The translations under genes and the position numbers were made by a program. A stretch of 64,000 bases of DNA from the IMG/VR virus record IMGVR_UViG_3300033149_007571, positions 20,822 to 84,821 of that record; one strand, written 5' to 3'. Under the pieces are notes generated by a model. The model was not told where the DNA came from. It saw only the letters and a list, made by a program, of their open reading frames with translations, and did no database searches. How positions within the stretch are numbered: position 1 is the stretch's first letter; the number at the start of each line of letters is the position of its first letter. The stretch is from a virus. Of this stretch, positions 35,536 through 44,800 are shown piece after piece.

Positions 35536-37607
35536 TGTCTGATCAATCAATCCATGACGAACTATTGGCTCTCGTTCGATCTCGTGGTCAAACAAAGTTC
35601 AATCGTGGCATTTTGACTGCCGATCGATACGTGAAGACAATTCAAGATGCGATCGGAGTTCAATCTTGCTATCGACATATGTGTCGAACGGATGGAGGGG
35701 GTTGGGCATCGTTTGATGATGTAATGAAGAAAGCAGCAGGAACGTTGACTTTCAATGATCCTGATATGATTGTTTTGAAAAAGAGGGAAGAGGTTCGACT
35801 GCCCTCGAAAATAGAACGGCCGAAAAACACTTTGATGGTGTTTCGCCATGTTCTTACAACCAGTAAGAAGGATCGGGATGGTGATATCCTTCGGACGAAG
35901 GGAGCCAAAGTTGATCCGAAGATGTTGCTATTGTTCCAACACGTTCATACAATGCCCATTGGAAAGATGTTAGCGGTTGCTTCTCACACGAAAGATGAGT
36001 TGCAGCTTTATTCTTGCATCGTAGATATGAATGAGTTGAGTCATGACTGTGCTGTGATGATCGACAACGATATGGGTCGATTTTCGCACGGTTTCCGGGC
36101 ATTGGACTTCTTGGAGATCAAGGCGAGAGATCGGGAAGGGGTGGGTGGATTTGATGTCAAGTCGTTCGAGATCCTTGAGGAATCGCTCGTGTCGGTTCCT
36201 GCTAACCCCGATTCACAGACGCAGGAAGTCATCTTGTCATTAGTTGAGGGGGGTAAACTGACGAGCGGGTTGTTGAAAGACTATGGAGCAAGCATACGGA
36301 ACCAGCGCCCCATGTCAGTACCAGTTAACTTAGATGTCAAATTGCTAGTCAACGGTCAGGAGGTGAAAGGCAATGAGAACAAGTCCAGAGACGAAGAGAG
36401 AATCGGAGAAAACGGCTACGCCAGCACACCAAAAGAAGCCAATGATGTATTCGACGAAGAGCAAACAGGGGGAGAAGAAGCAGTTGAAGACAAGGAAGTA
36501 GTATTGGGAGAGAAGTATGGATTGGTGAGCAATCTGGACGACTCTTGGGAGGACATCGCTAGCCGTTTGGGTGATAAGGTACGGACGTTTCTGCTGGGGG
36601 CGGGTGTGCCTTTAGGGGATCGTGATTGGACTCTTATCATCGGCACTTATTCAGATCGTGTTGTAATAGCAATCGATAGACAAGGAACTTACGAGTATTG
36701 GCAAATCAATTGGAGGATGGAGGAAGGCGATCCTCAACTCCAAGGAGAGCCAAAGCAAGTAGACGTCGTCGTTTCATCAGAGGTTATCGAAAAAATGAAG
36801 GCCATCCGGGGCCAGACCAGTTATCAAGTAGAAGGACAAAAGCCTTACCCGAATGAGCATGCTATTCGTCTCAACGATCCAGATAAGTACAAGCGAATCC
36901 GTCGTCAGAATGATAAGTTTGGTCCAGGTATTCATGCCATTTTCGGTGTGACCGAGGATGGCAAAACTGAATTGCAATCTATCCGCTTCTCGGTAGATAA
37001 GTTTACAGCAGACGAAGCCCGAGAATGGTTGGAAGAGCATGATTACAAAACGAGCGGTTTTGAACCGGCGAAAGCCAAACCGAAGGAACAGGCTAAGAAG
37101 GAAGGCAAACAGCTTATCGACGACGATGTGTCGGGTGGCTTTGAGGCTACCCCTCCAAAGTTTGATAACGATGAGGAAGTGAAGAAGATGGTCTGTCCCG
37201 AATGCGATTATGTCGGTTTAGGAAAAGGAGGCAAGTGTCCTGAGTGCGGTGCCAAGCTCATTCCGAGGAAGGATTATACAATGGAAAAGCTCGGGCGTGT
37301 GTTGAGCAAAGCGAATGAAGCTAAAATCCAGGATGCTATTGAAGACTTGGCTGAAATAAGTAAAATGGACATACCACGGAGTTGCAAAGCTCTTGTGGCA
37401 TCCGCGCGTAGAAAGCTAACCGATGTGCTTGCATCTTTGGGAACCGAGCAGAGGGTCGAGAAAACTTCTGTAAGAGAAGCAATGGCCATTGTTCTTGCCA
37501 AGGGTGGACGCAACGAGATTCTAGTGTTGAGGACGCTATTGGATGTACTGGAGGCTTGTCAAAAGCAAGATGATGTTGTCAAACAGTACGAAAGTTTGTT
37601 GACGTAA
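35535..37607 (+). CDS. HK97-type prohead protease with long modular C-terminal extension
   Basis: DRDGDIL, LLFQH..PIGK, FSHGF, EESLVSVPANP; extension includes PYPNEHAIRL domain, capsid N-arm copy, CPEC-CPEC ribbon, KLGRVLSKANE. Confidence 0.9.
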   Translation: MSDQSIHDELLALVRSRGQTKFNRGILTADRYVKTIQDAIGVQSCYRHMCRTDGGGWASFDDVMKKAAGTLTFNDPDMIVLKKREEVRLPSKIERPKNTLMVFRHVLTTSKKDRDGDILRTKGAKVDPKMLLLFQHVHTMPIGKMLAVASHTKDELQLYSCIVDMNELSHDCAVMIDNDMGRFSHGFRALDFLEIKARDREGVGGFDVKSFEILEESLVSVPANPDSQTQEVILSLVEGGKLTSGLLKDYGASIRNQRPMSVPVNLDVKLLVNGQEVKGNENKSRDEERIGENGYASTPKEANDVFDEEQTGGEEAVEDKEVVLGEKYGLVSNLDDSWEDIASRLGDKVRTFLLGAGVPLGDRDWTLIIGTYSDRVVIAIDRQGTYEYWQINWRMEEGDPQLQGEPKQVDVVVSSEVIEKMKAIRGQTSYQVEGQKPYPNEHAIRLNDPDKYKRIRRQNDKFGPGIHAIFGVTEDGKTELQSIRFSVDKFTADEAREWLEEHDYKTSGFEPAKAKPKEQAKKEGKQLIDDDVSGGFEATPPKFDNDEEVKKMVCPECDYVGLGKGGKCPECGAKLIPRKDYTMEKLGRVLSKANEAKIQDAIEDLAEISKMDIPRSCKALVASARRKLTDVLASLGTEQRVEKTSVREAMAIVLAKGGRNEILVLRTLLDVLEACQKQDDVVKQYESLLT

Positions 37608-37638
37608 TAGAAAATCCTCCTATGTAGGAGAGAATCGA

Positions 37639-39243
37639 ATGTTTGAGTTGACGAAGGCTTTACGGGATTGGCTTATAGCTAATCAAGACATCTCAGAGGA
37701 TTCCTCTGAGGAAGAGTTCCGTATGGAGGCCGGAATGGCGTTGGTAGATGGATCGCTTACAAGAGAGAAATTCATTGAGCTAACGACTCCTCCGAAGGCA
37801 ACGGAAGCTAATGAATTCAGTAAGAAGCTGGATGTAATGACTGCCAGCCTTGACAGCTTGGCTAAGGTTTTGACTGGGAAGAAAGAGGGGTTGGAGACTG
37901 AGAAGAAAGTTGATCTTGGCAATGGAAACAAGGATGAGGAGTTGGAGGATATGTCCAGGGTCATTGCTGATCAAGGAGGGACACCAAGCGAGTCTGAAAC
38001 TACCAAAGCTCGGGTGAAGACGGTTGATGAGATCTTCAATACAACCAAGTCGGCGGTTGTCTATCCTTCCTCGACGAGAGGGGGGAAGCCCCATTCGTTT
38101 GCAGGACAGCCTGTAGTGTATCAGCAAAGACCGATGGACACGCCGAGTGAATTGGACAAGGCTTGTGCAGGAGCGTGGGCCAAGCTCCACTTGGCTTTGC
38201 AGCTTCCGCAAATTTGTGGACCTCCAAATCTGATTTGGGATCGTTTGCCCGAGATCGATAAGCAACTTCTTCACTATCTCTGTGAGAAGGGAATGTGGGA
38301 TGAGACGGAGAAGGACAATCAGTCTCGACCTCGGTTGGTCAAGGGTTATCGAGGAGGTATAAAGCAGTTGATCGACGATGTAAACTCGGGTGGCTTTGAG
38401 GCCGCTCCGATTGTATTCGACGATCAGGTGATCGAGACTCCTTTGCTTTATGGCGAGTTGTATCCGCTAGTCAATGAGGTGCCTCTGCCTCGCGGACGTC
38501 GGGTAGAAGCTGTATCGATCGGAACCGTCACTGGCGGTTGGGGTGGAATTGACGCAACGAACATCGCTTTGTTTAACACGGCAGGTTTTGTTGCTGCATT
38601 CGATACAACGATCTATCGATGGGAAGGAGCAGTGGTTATTGGGCTCGATTTCCTATCCGATACACCCATTGACTTCGGTTCAACAATTACTCGTCAGTAT
38701 GGTGAAAGGTTGCTTGAGGACTTGGATGATGTTGTTGCTACAGGCAATGGCACTAACCAACCTCAAGGTATCATGAATGCTGCTGGAACTACTGCTGTTG
38801 CCTTTGGTGGGGCGACCACGCTCGGAGCCTATGAGACTTTGCTATTTGCCGTCCACAAGAGAGAACTCAAGAATCCGACGATAGATCGGACATTTGTGTT
38901 CTGTGGAACGGAAACTAGTTACAGTCGGGCAAGAGCGTTGAATGTGACCGCAGCCGACCAGAGAAGGTTGGGAGGAGGACACGCTGATCAAGGGGATTAC
39001 CGATCCTATCGTTGGATGGGTCGTCCCTACAAGATCAATGAATCGTTAGCAAATACGCAGATTTTTGCCGCAGTGCTTGGGAGATATCGCATGTATCGGA
39101 GGAAAGGTTTTACTGTGAGGACAAGCACTGAAGGTGCGACGCTAATTCGAGCTAATGAGATCCTGATCTCTGTTACGGCTCGCTACGGCGGTCAGCTCGA
39201 GAGAGGAGCTTGTGCTGGCGTAACCACCACGGCTCCTGCGTAG
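37639..39243 (+). CDS. Major capsid protein (HK97 fold) with ~242-aa N-terminal scaffold/delta domain
   Basis: SGGFEAAP N-arm, LSDTPIDF, TGNGTNQPQGIM, WMGRPY; follows the protease. Confidence 0.92.
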   Translation: MFELTKALRDWLIANQDISEDSSEEEFRMEAGMALVDGSLTREKFIELTTPPKATEANEFSKKLDVMTASLDSLAKVLTGKKEGLETEKKVDLGNGNKDEELEDMSRVIADQGGTPSESETTKARVKTVDEIFNTTKSAVVYPSSTRGGKPHSFAGQPVVYQQRPMDTPSELDKACAGAWAKLHLALQLPQICGPPNLIWDRLPEIDKQLLHYLCEKGMWDETEKDNQSRPRLVKGYRGGIKQLIDDVNSGGFEAAPIVFDDQVIETPLLYGELYPLVNEVPLPRGRRVEAVSIGTVTGGWGGIDATNIALFNTAGFVAAFDTTIYRWEGAVVIGLDFLSDTPIDFGSTITRQYGERLLEDLDDVVATGNGTNQPQGIMNAAGTTAVAFGGATTLGAYETLLFAVHKRELKNPTIDRTFVFCGTETSYSRARALNVTAADQRRLGGGHADQGDYRSYRWMGRPYKINESLANTQIFAAVLGRYRMYRRKGFTVRTSTEGATLIRANEILISVTARYGGQLERGACAGVTTTAPA

Positions 39244-39276
39244 CAGTTTCAAGGGTAGTTGTCTACCCCCTGGCAT

Positions 39277-39345
39277 CCCCTGTCCAATGCCTTCGGTTCT
39301 CCAGCATTGGACAGGGGTATTTATCCCCTTCAATTTGGGAGAACC
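39277..39345 (+). terminator. 14-bp hairpin after the capsid gene (terminator-like, possible pseudoknot)
   Basis: CCCCTGTCCAATGC/GCATTGGACAGGGG then TATTTAT; loop GGTTCTCC complementary to GGAGAACC at 39338-39345. Confidence 0.65.
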
Positions 39346-39372
39346 ACAAACTAAAATGCTAGGGAGGAAAAG

Positions 39373-39999
39373 ATGAGTACTGTAACGAAGAAGATGGCAA
39401 CCTCGGTGATGCCTTTTGCTATTGAAGCAAAGACGCCAAGGAACCAAGACATTATAATCCAGTGCCTCGGTTGCAAGCGATTGAGAGGTGCTGTGAGAGC
39501 ATCAATGGAGGCATTCGATCGTCAGTGGCAGGACCAAGATGACGACGAAAGTGCAACTCGTCCAGTATCGGCAAACCTGATCGATGGCATCGGCGAATTG
39601 CCAGGTCAGGTTCTCTATGTGGACCCCGCTGAATTGACTTGGAAAATTCGAGATCCACTATGGGGAGAGGATTCTAAATTGGAACGGATTCGCAAGGCAA
39701 TGAGGAGGGCTCTTGGTCTTGCTGTGATCGATCAGAAACTTCAAGGAATGAAGCCTGAAGATGGAACACTCGATGTAGACACTATGAAGACTCTCTGTTT
39801 GGAGTTGTTGTCTTTTATTGAAGCTGGTGAGGCTCGAGTGGTTAAGGGGATCAAACCCTCGAAGGAGGATATCGATGAGTTGCCCGGCCGGTATCTTTTG
39901 AATTGGTCGAACCGAAACAAGTGGAGGCAGCCGAAGTATGCCGACCAGTATGATGAGTGGGAGCGGGATATGAACAAACTCAGCCGATCAGATGGGTGA
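39373..39999 (+). CDS. Hypothetical protein
   Basis: GGGAGG RBS; follows the capsid gene. Confidence 0.7.
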   Translation: MSTVTKKMATSVMPFAIEAKTPRNQDIIIQCLGCKRLRGAVRASMEAFDRQWQDQDDDESATRPVSANLIDGIGELPGQVLYVDPAELTWKIRDPLWGEDSKLERIRKAMRRALGLAVIDQKLQGMKPEDGTLDVDTMKTLCLELLSFIEAGEARVVKGIKPSKEDIDELPGRYLLNWSNRNKWRQPKYADQYDEWERDMNKLSRSDG

Positions 40000-40508
40000 T
40001 GGCTTTACCAACGACTTTCCCTCAACCTTCGCTTGTTGCTGGCGGGAAGATACCAACCCCGGTTGCCGAGGTGTTGGCGGCTCGCGGAAGGAGAGCTGAG
40101 GCTGCTACCCATACTGAAGTTAGGATAAAATGGTTTATCGAGGAGGTAAGCAATAAGATTGCTATGACAATGAGACAACGGATGGACATTGTCACTCATA
40201 TATTGAAGGATCGAGTGGTAAGGAACATTTCGGTGCCCGTTGTCAAAGGGACCGGTCCTCGGGGAGGTCGGGTGGCATTAGGAAGAAGTTTACCAGGCGA
40301 GTATCCTCGTGCCGATACGAAGCAATTGATGAGAACCATATTCAAAGAGGTGCGAGAAGTTGTTCCAGGAGCATATGAAGGTTATGTTGGGACACCTCTT
40401 GACTATGGTTTAATTTTGGAAACGCGAATGGGACGCAAGTTCCTTCTTGCATCACTATATGAGTCGTTTAATGACATCAAGCGCATATTGTCAGGGCCTA
40501 TTGAATGA
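39999..40508 (+). CDS. HK97 gp10-like neck/tail protein
   Basis: SLPGEYPRADTKQL...VGTPLDYGLILE...RKFL pattern. Confidence 0.7.
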   Translation: MALPTTFPQPSLVAGGKIPTPVAEVLAARGRRAEAATHTEVRIKWFIEEVSNKIAMTMRQRMDIVTHILKDRVVRNISVPVVKGTGPRGGRVALGRSLPGEYPRADTKQLMRTIFKEVREVVPGAYEGYVGTPLDYGLILETRMGRKFLLASLYESFNDIKRILSGPIE

Positions 40509-41005
40509 GTGTCGGAACTGCTGATGTGGCAAAGGCTTTGAACACCGCTTGGGATGCAAGTACATTGAATGAGACGTTCCAGGCGTTGTGGACTGATCCG
40601 ACGGAGACTGAATTTCCTGTGTTGCATGAGCAGGAAGCTGGAGGAGAGCAACCGTGGCCATATTGTGTCTTCGAGATGCCAACGCCGACGACAAATGTTC
40701 GGATGTCGGGTGGTGACACTACATTGAGAGAGATACGAGATTATCCCATAAGGTTTCATATTCACACTACTAATGTGGATGGCGATTCACGATCAGCGAA
40801 GGAGATAGCTGCATACTTGGCAGAAGAGGTTATGAAAGTCTTTGGTGGCCACCCTTCTGTAACTCCGACAGGAAATTTATCTCTGGACAATGGTAACTTC
40901 TTAATCTCGACCTACCAAAACGATTACGCAGTCCGAGAATCTGATGACCATTACGTTTGGATTGTGTATTATATCTTCCGAATTGACGTACCTGTGGCAG
41001 CTTAA
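40505..41005 (+). CDS. Tail terminator / completion protein
   Basis: PWPYCVF motif, size and position before the tail tube. Confidence 0.65.
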   Translation: MSVGTADVAKALNTAWDASTLNETFQALWTDPTETEFPVLHEQEAGGEQPWPYCVFEMPTPTTNVRMSGGDTTLREIRDYPIRFHIHTTNVDGDSRSAKEIAAYLAEEVMKVFGGHPSVTPTGNLSLDNGNFLISTYQNDYAVRESDDHYVWIVYYIFRIDVPVAA

Positions 41006-41020
41006 GCAGGAGAAACAATA

Positions 41021-41803
41021 ATGGCTCGTTCGATGTCATCGATGAGTGTCTCTTTCCGTATGCAGGGGACACTAACGAATTCGTTGACCGACGGTTCTGG
41101 ACCGAGTGTCCAGCAACCGAGTTTCAATTATTCAATGTCAGGTACAGTCTTGACGAGCGGGATTAATAGCAATCAATGCAACCGAGGATGGCAAAGTCGC
41201 AATCGATCATTGGGAAATGGGGCAAGCGAAACACTCGATTTGTACGATATGGCAGGGGTTGACATTGGTGCGGGCGCGGGACTAGATGGCGTCGGTCAAG
41301 CTATCGTGTTTGAGGAGATCGTTGGGATTGTTATTGTTAATGAGAATGATGTGGACGAAGATGGGGCGTTGGAGATCTCTCCTGCGGCAGCTAATGGATG
41401 GAATGCCATCGGTACTCATTCTGTTGCTAACGATGGAGCTTTGTACGGTCAGGGGGTGCTAATCAAATTCCAACCAGATGGCCGGGGACTGGATATTGTT
41501 GATGGTGCGACTCATAAACTTACATTCACAGCCAATGGAGGAGATGTTACATATTCAATCTACTTGTTGGCACGACACGATGATGAGGAATCGAGTTCCA
41601 GTTCGAGTTCCAGTAGTCCAAGTTCTACTAGCTCTACCAGCAGCAGCAGTGCAAGTAGTGAATCTAGTAGCTCCTCAAGTAGTGTAACGAGTAGTTCGTT
41701 CAGTTCACATTCCAGCAGTTCGTCGGGGACATCAAGCTCCAGCAGTTCGTCAGTGACATCGAGTTCCAGTTCTGAGAGCAGTTCGTCATGGTCTGCTCCG
41801 TAG
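41021..41803 (+). CDS. Tail-associated virion protein with ~70-aa poly-Ser tail
   Basis: Beta-rich N-domain; HDDEE followed by Ser tract ending WSAP. Confidence 0.75.
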   Translation: MARSMSSMSVSFRMQGTLTNSLTDGSGPSVQQPSFNYSMSGTVLTSGINSNQCNRGWQSRNRSLGNGASETLDLYDMAGVDIGAGAGLDGVGQAIVFEEIVGIVIVNENDVDEDGALEISPAAANGWNAIGTHSVANDGALYGQGVLIKFQPDGRGLDIVDGATHKLTFTANGGDVTYSIYLLARHDDEESSSSSSSSSPSSTSSTSSSSASSESSSSSSSVTSSSFSSHSSSSSGTSSSSSSSVTSSSSSESSSSWSAP

Positions 41804-41834
41804 TTGACTATATCCTGAGAAAGGGAGGATAACC

Positions 41835-42263
41835 GTGAGCAGTGAAAACACTATAACAGGCAGACTTGGTGAGCATGTCGTTGGGGACACCCAAGTGGCA
41901 AGATTAACTCAGTGGCAGGTAACCAAAACATTAGCTAGTAAGACTGAATGGGGTGATTCGGATACTGCAGGATACACAGCTCGGGCGCCTGGACGAATCG
42001 ACGGGACGTTTACCACGGAAGGCAAGTATGATAATTCGAGTGAAGTGTTCGATTTGTTCCAACCTGGCGATATTGTAATCAGTGTGCTTTGGATGAACGC
42101 TTCGCTCTATTGGGACTTCCCCCGTTCACTCAATGATAACTTTCAATTGACTGTAAACATTGATAGTCAAGAAGTTATTGGATGGACGGCTGCCTGGGGA
42201 GCGGATGGTATTTTCTACTATCCTGGTCAATCTGGAGCAACACCTCGAACCCTACCGACATAG
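41835..42263 (+). CDS. Major tail tube protein
   Basis: 142-aa beta-rich protein (TEWGDSD..GYTAR..GRIDGTFT) in the canonical position; GGGAGG RBS. Confidence 0.7.
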   Translation: MSSENTITGRLGEHVVGDTQVARLTQWQVTKTLASKTEWGDSDTAGYTARAPGRIDGTFTTEGKYDNSSEVFDLFQPGDIVISVLWMNASLYWDFPRSLNDNFQLTVNIDSQEVIGWTAAWGADGIFYYPGQSGATPRTLPT

Positions 42264-42276
42264 AAAGGTTGAAGGC

Positions 42277-43101
42277 ATGGAACCAAATTCAGCTTTGAAT
42301 GGGGTTCCCATTGCATATCAAATTGCTGTCACCTACAATTGCAATGCGGCTTGCAAATGGTGTGTACAACATCTTGATGTTATTCGATGGAATCACATTG
42401 ATACGAATATAACAGTCCGAGAGGTACGGACTGCTGCTCATTTTCTGAAGCTCTATGGAATACGTATTGGGAAACTACGGGTGACTGGTGGAGAACCAAT
42501 GGTACACCCGAATCTGAGAGAAATATTGTTTGCTGTCAACGAAAGTTGGGCTCCGAGGACGGGTTGGTTTCGCATCTATAGCAATGGTAAGTTGCCCATT
42601 CTTCGCGGTACTCCAGGGAGGTTTTCTGTTGTTCCACTCAATAGTGTGAAGAAGACAGCTTGTTTTACTCCCTTCAATGTTTCTCCCGCCGACTTGGGTA
42701 TTGAACCCGTTTTCGGATTTGTGCGACCTTGTGTGCAACAAGTTCGTTGCGGTCGGTGGTTCGATTGTTTTGGGTTTACTTCTTGTGGTGTAGCTGGTAT
42801 TTTGGGAACAATGTTGGGCGACGATTGCTACGAACCCTTGCCTGTGTTGATGGGACGACCGAGCGTCTGTCAGCATTGCCTCTACAGTTTACCGAAGGCG
42901 CAGCGGCATTCCATCACGCGACAGGTTCACGCTGGGAAAATTCCGGAGATTACAAAAACGTTCAAGCAAGCAATTGAGCGATGGCATGACAGTCCTCCAA
43001 GACCTCGTCGGTTTTGGGAGCGTTTGCCAGAAAAGTTTGTGCCAGGGGAACTGAATGATGAAACCAAACGATCCAAATGTAATGCAGGTAGTCCGAGTTG
43101 A
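42277..43101 (+). CDS. Radical SAM protein
   Basis: CNAACKWC (CxxxCxxC), VTGGEP, YSNG; C-terminal Cys cluster. Confidence 0.88.
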   Translation: MEPNSALNGVPIAYQIAVTYNCNAACKWCVQHLDVIRWNHIDTNITVREVRTAAHFLKLYGIRIGKLRVTGGEPMVHPNLREILFAVNESWAPRTGWFRIYSNGKLPILRGTPGRFSVVPLNSVKKTACFTPFNVSPADLGIEPVFGFVRPCVQQVRCGRWFDCFGFTSCGVAGILGTMLGDDCYEPLPVLMGRPSVCQHCLYSLPKAQRHSITRQVHAGKIPEITKTFKQAIERWHDSPPRPRRFWERLPEKFVPGELNDETKRSKCNAGSPS

Positions 43102-43330
43102 GCATCACCTGTGGAAGACCTGTCATTGTCGAGAATGTACTGAAGAGCGAGCCCGCCGAGCAATCCCTCGAGAGCCCACCGATTCCCACCTCTGTCGCAT
43201 TTCCCCCGATGCCGCATATCTATTAGGTATCATTAAGAAACGTTGCCCGGAAGGTTCGTTAGCACGGCAATTGGCTTTGGCCGAGTCCCCATCCCTCGAA
43301 AAGGGGGAATGTGCCGACAGCTTGCCATAG
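43055..43330 (+). CDS. Small Cys/His-rich hypothetical protein
   Basis: HHLWKTCHCREC. Confidence 0.45.
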   Translation: MMKPNDPNVMQVVRVEHHLWKTCHCRECTEERARRAIPREPTDSHLCRISPDAAYLLGIIKKRCPEGSLARQLALAESPSLEKGECADSLP

Positions 43331-43422
43331 ATGGGGTTTTGGTCAACAGGTATGGATAGGCCAAGCGTTGCCTGATCGCCAATCCTGGGCCGACACAGGA
43401 CTTGTTATGGGAGGTTTTTACG

Positions 43423-44175
43423 ATGTCGTGGTATTTCCCCGAGAAGCGGGTTCTTTTCCTTCATATCCCTCGGACTGGGGGTACATGGATCAAAGAGTGC
43501 CTATACCAGTCAGGCGTCCCTATGGAGAAGTGGGGGCGGATCGGAGAGGGACAATATCGTCCGCAGAAGCACACAATCATCCCTCATATCCGACGAGATC
43601 TATTGCAAAGAGTAGATCAGGTCTATTCTCTAGTCCGCCATCCGATTCCTTATTACGTGTCGGTTTGGAGGTTCACAACAAGGAAGGTGGAAATTAGTCC
43701 CGAACGGATGCATAATCTTATTTTTGCTCGGAAAGACCCTGCAGCAATTAGTGAGGCAGTCCTCCGTTGGAAACCGAATTTTGAGCAGTGGCTTGAGGAG
43801 ATGCTTGAGGAGGAGCCTGGATGGGTGACGAGATGGTTTGAGAGGTTTGTCGGTCCTCCACGGGGTGAGTTTTGTCACTTCATCGGACGGACGGAAACAA
43901 TTGCAGATGACTTGAAAAGAATGATGACGATGATGGGCTATGAACGGAATTGGAGAATGTCACTTGACAAAATCAAACAGATCCATCATGCCAAGAATCG
44001 TGTGCGCGAAGTGAAGGTGCCACACGTGTGGCCAAGTGAAGAATTGTGTCGGCGGATCGAAAATTCCGAGAGAGTGGCGATCCGTCGGTTTTATGAAGGT
44101 GAAGGTAGAGACAAACGAATTTATCGAACCGAAGAAGGAGAACCAATATGGGAGAGTCTGAGAACCGAGCCGTAG
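43423..44175 (+). CDS. Sulfotransferase-family protein
   Basis: FLHIPRTGGTW (5'-PSB loop), VRHP..YYVS (3'-PB), FIGRTE. Confidence 0.8.
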   Translation: MSWYFPEKRVLFLHIPRTGGTWIKECLYQSGVPMEKWGRIGEGQYRPQKHTIIPHIRRDLLQRVDQVYSLVRHPIPYYVSVWRFTTRKVEISPERMHNLIFARKDPAAISEAVLRWKPNFEQWLEEMLEEEPGWVTRWFERFVGPPRGEFCHFIGRTETIADDLKRMMTMMGYERNWRMSLDKIKQIHHAKNRVREVKVPHVWPSEELCRRIENSERVAIRRFYEGEGRDKRIYRTEEGEPIWESLRTEP

Positions 44176-44789
44176 CGGCAGGCAGTACAATCACAGTACA
44201 GGGTAAAGAGTATACCCTCCGACCAATCACCGTCCAGCATCTTTGTGACCTAGAACGGGAAGCATTGAAGTTTTACAAACGACAATACCTTGAAACATTT
44301 ACTGAGAATGCTGATTTGGTTGGAGGAGACATCACCAAACTGATTGAAAGGAAGTTGGATGAGATGGCGGAATGGACTTTGGATGATCTCCCGAAGAAGG
44401 TAGCTTTCAGCGTGTCAAACGTTCCTGTAACTGCAAAACTGAAGAAGTGGGCTACCAATTACCGTGCCAAGGCGGGAGGGGAGGAAGATACAAATATAAC
44501 AGATCGCAAAGTCCGAGTGTTGTTGACTACTGCTTTGGATCGTGGAGAACTGTCGCCCGAGAAAGTGAAGGAGATGACAGGACGAAGACCAGTTGAGGGT
44601 CGCGTTCGTTATGATCAGTGGTGGGTGACAGGATGTATTGAAGGGATGGTATTGTTTATCCATTCTTCGATAAAGCATGATCATCCGGAAATATCGAAGG
44701 AGGATATTAGGAATTGGCCTATTTCCGCCATCTTTGAAGCAGCTCGAGTTGCGGAAGGTGTTACGGCTCCCGACTTGGGAAATGGATAA
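44148..44789 (+). CDS. Tail assembly chaperone (gpG-like)
   Basis: Upstream of the tape measure; ends in slippery G GGA AAT. Confidence 0.75.
   Translation: MGESENRAVAAGSTITVQGKEYTLRPITVQHLCDLEREALKFYKRQYLETFTENADLVGGDITKLIERKLDEMAEWTLDDLPKKVAFSVSNVPVTAKLKKWATNYRAKAGGEEDTNITDRKVRVLLTTALDRGELSPEKVKEMTGRRPVEGRVRYDQWWVTGCIEGMVLFIHSSIKHDHPEISKEDIRNWPISAIFEAARVAEGVTAPDLGNG
44777..44783 (+). other. Programmed -1 ribosomal frameshift site
   Basis: X XXY YYZ heptamer GGGAAAT; the -1 frame is open from 44777 into ORF 44801-45214. Confidence 0.8.
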
Positions 44790-44800
44790 CGTCCGCCGCT

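Noticed and set aside
39241-39258. Stop-codon read-through extension of the capsid (TAG CAG TTT)
   Set aside because: A second in-frame TAG follows after four sense codons, so no meaningful extension
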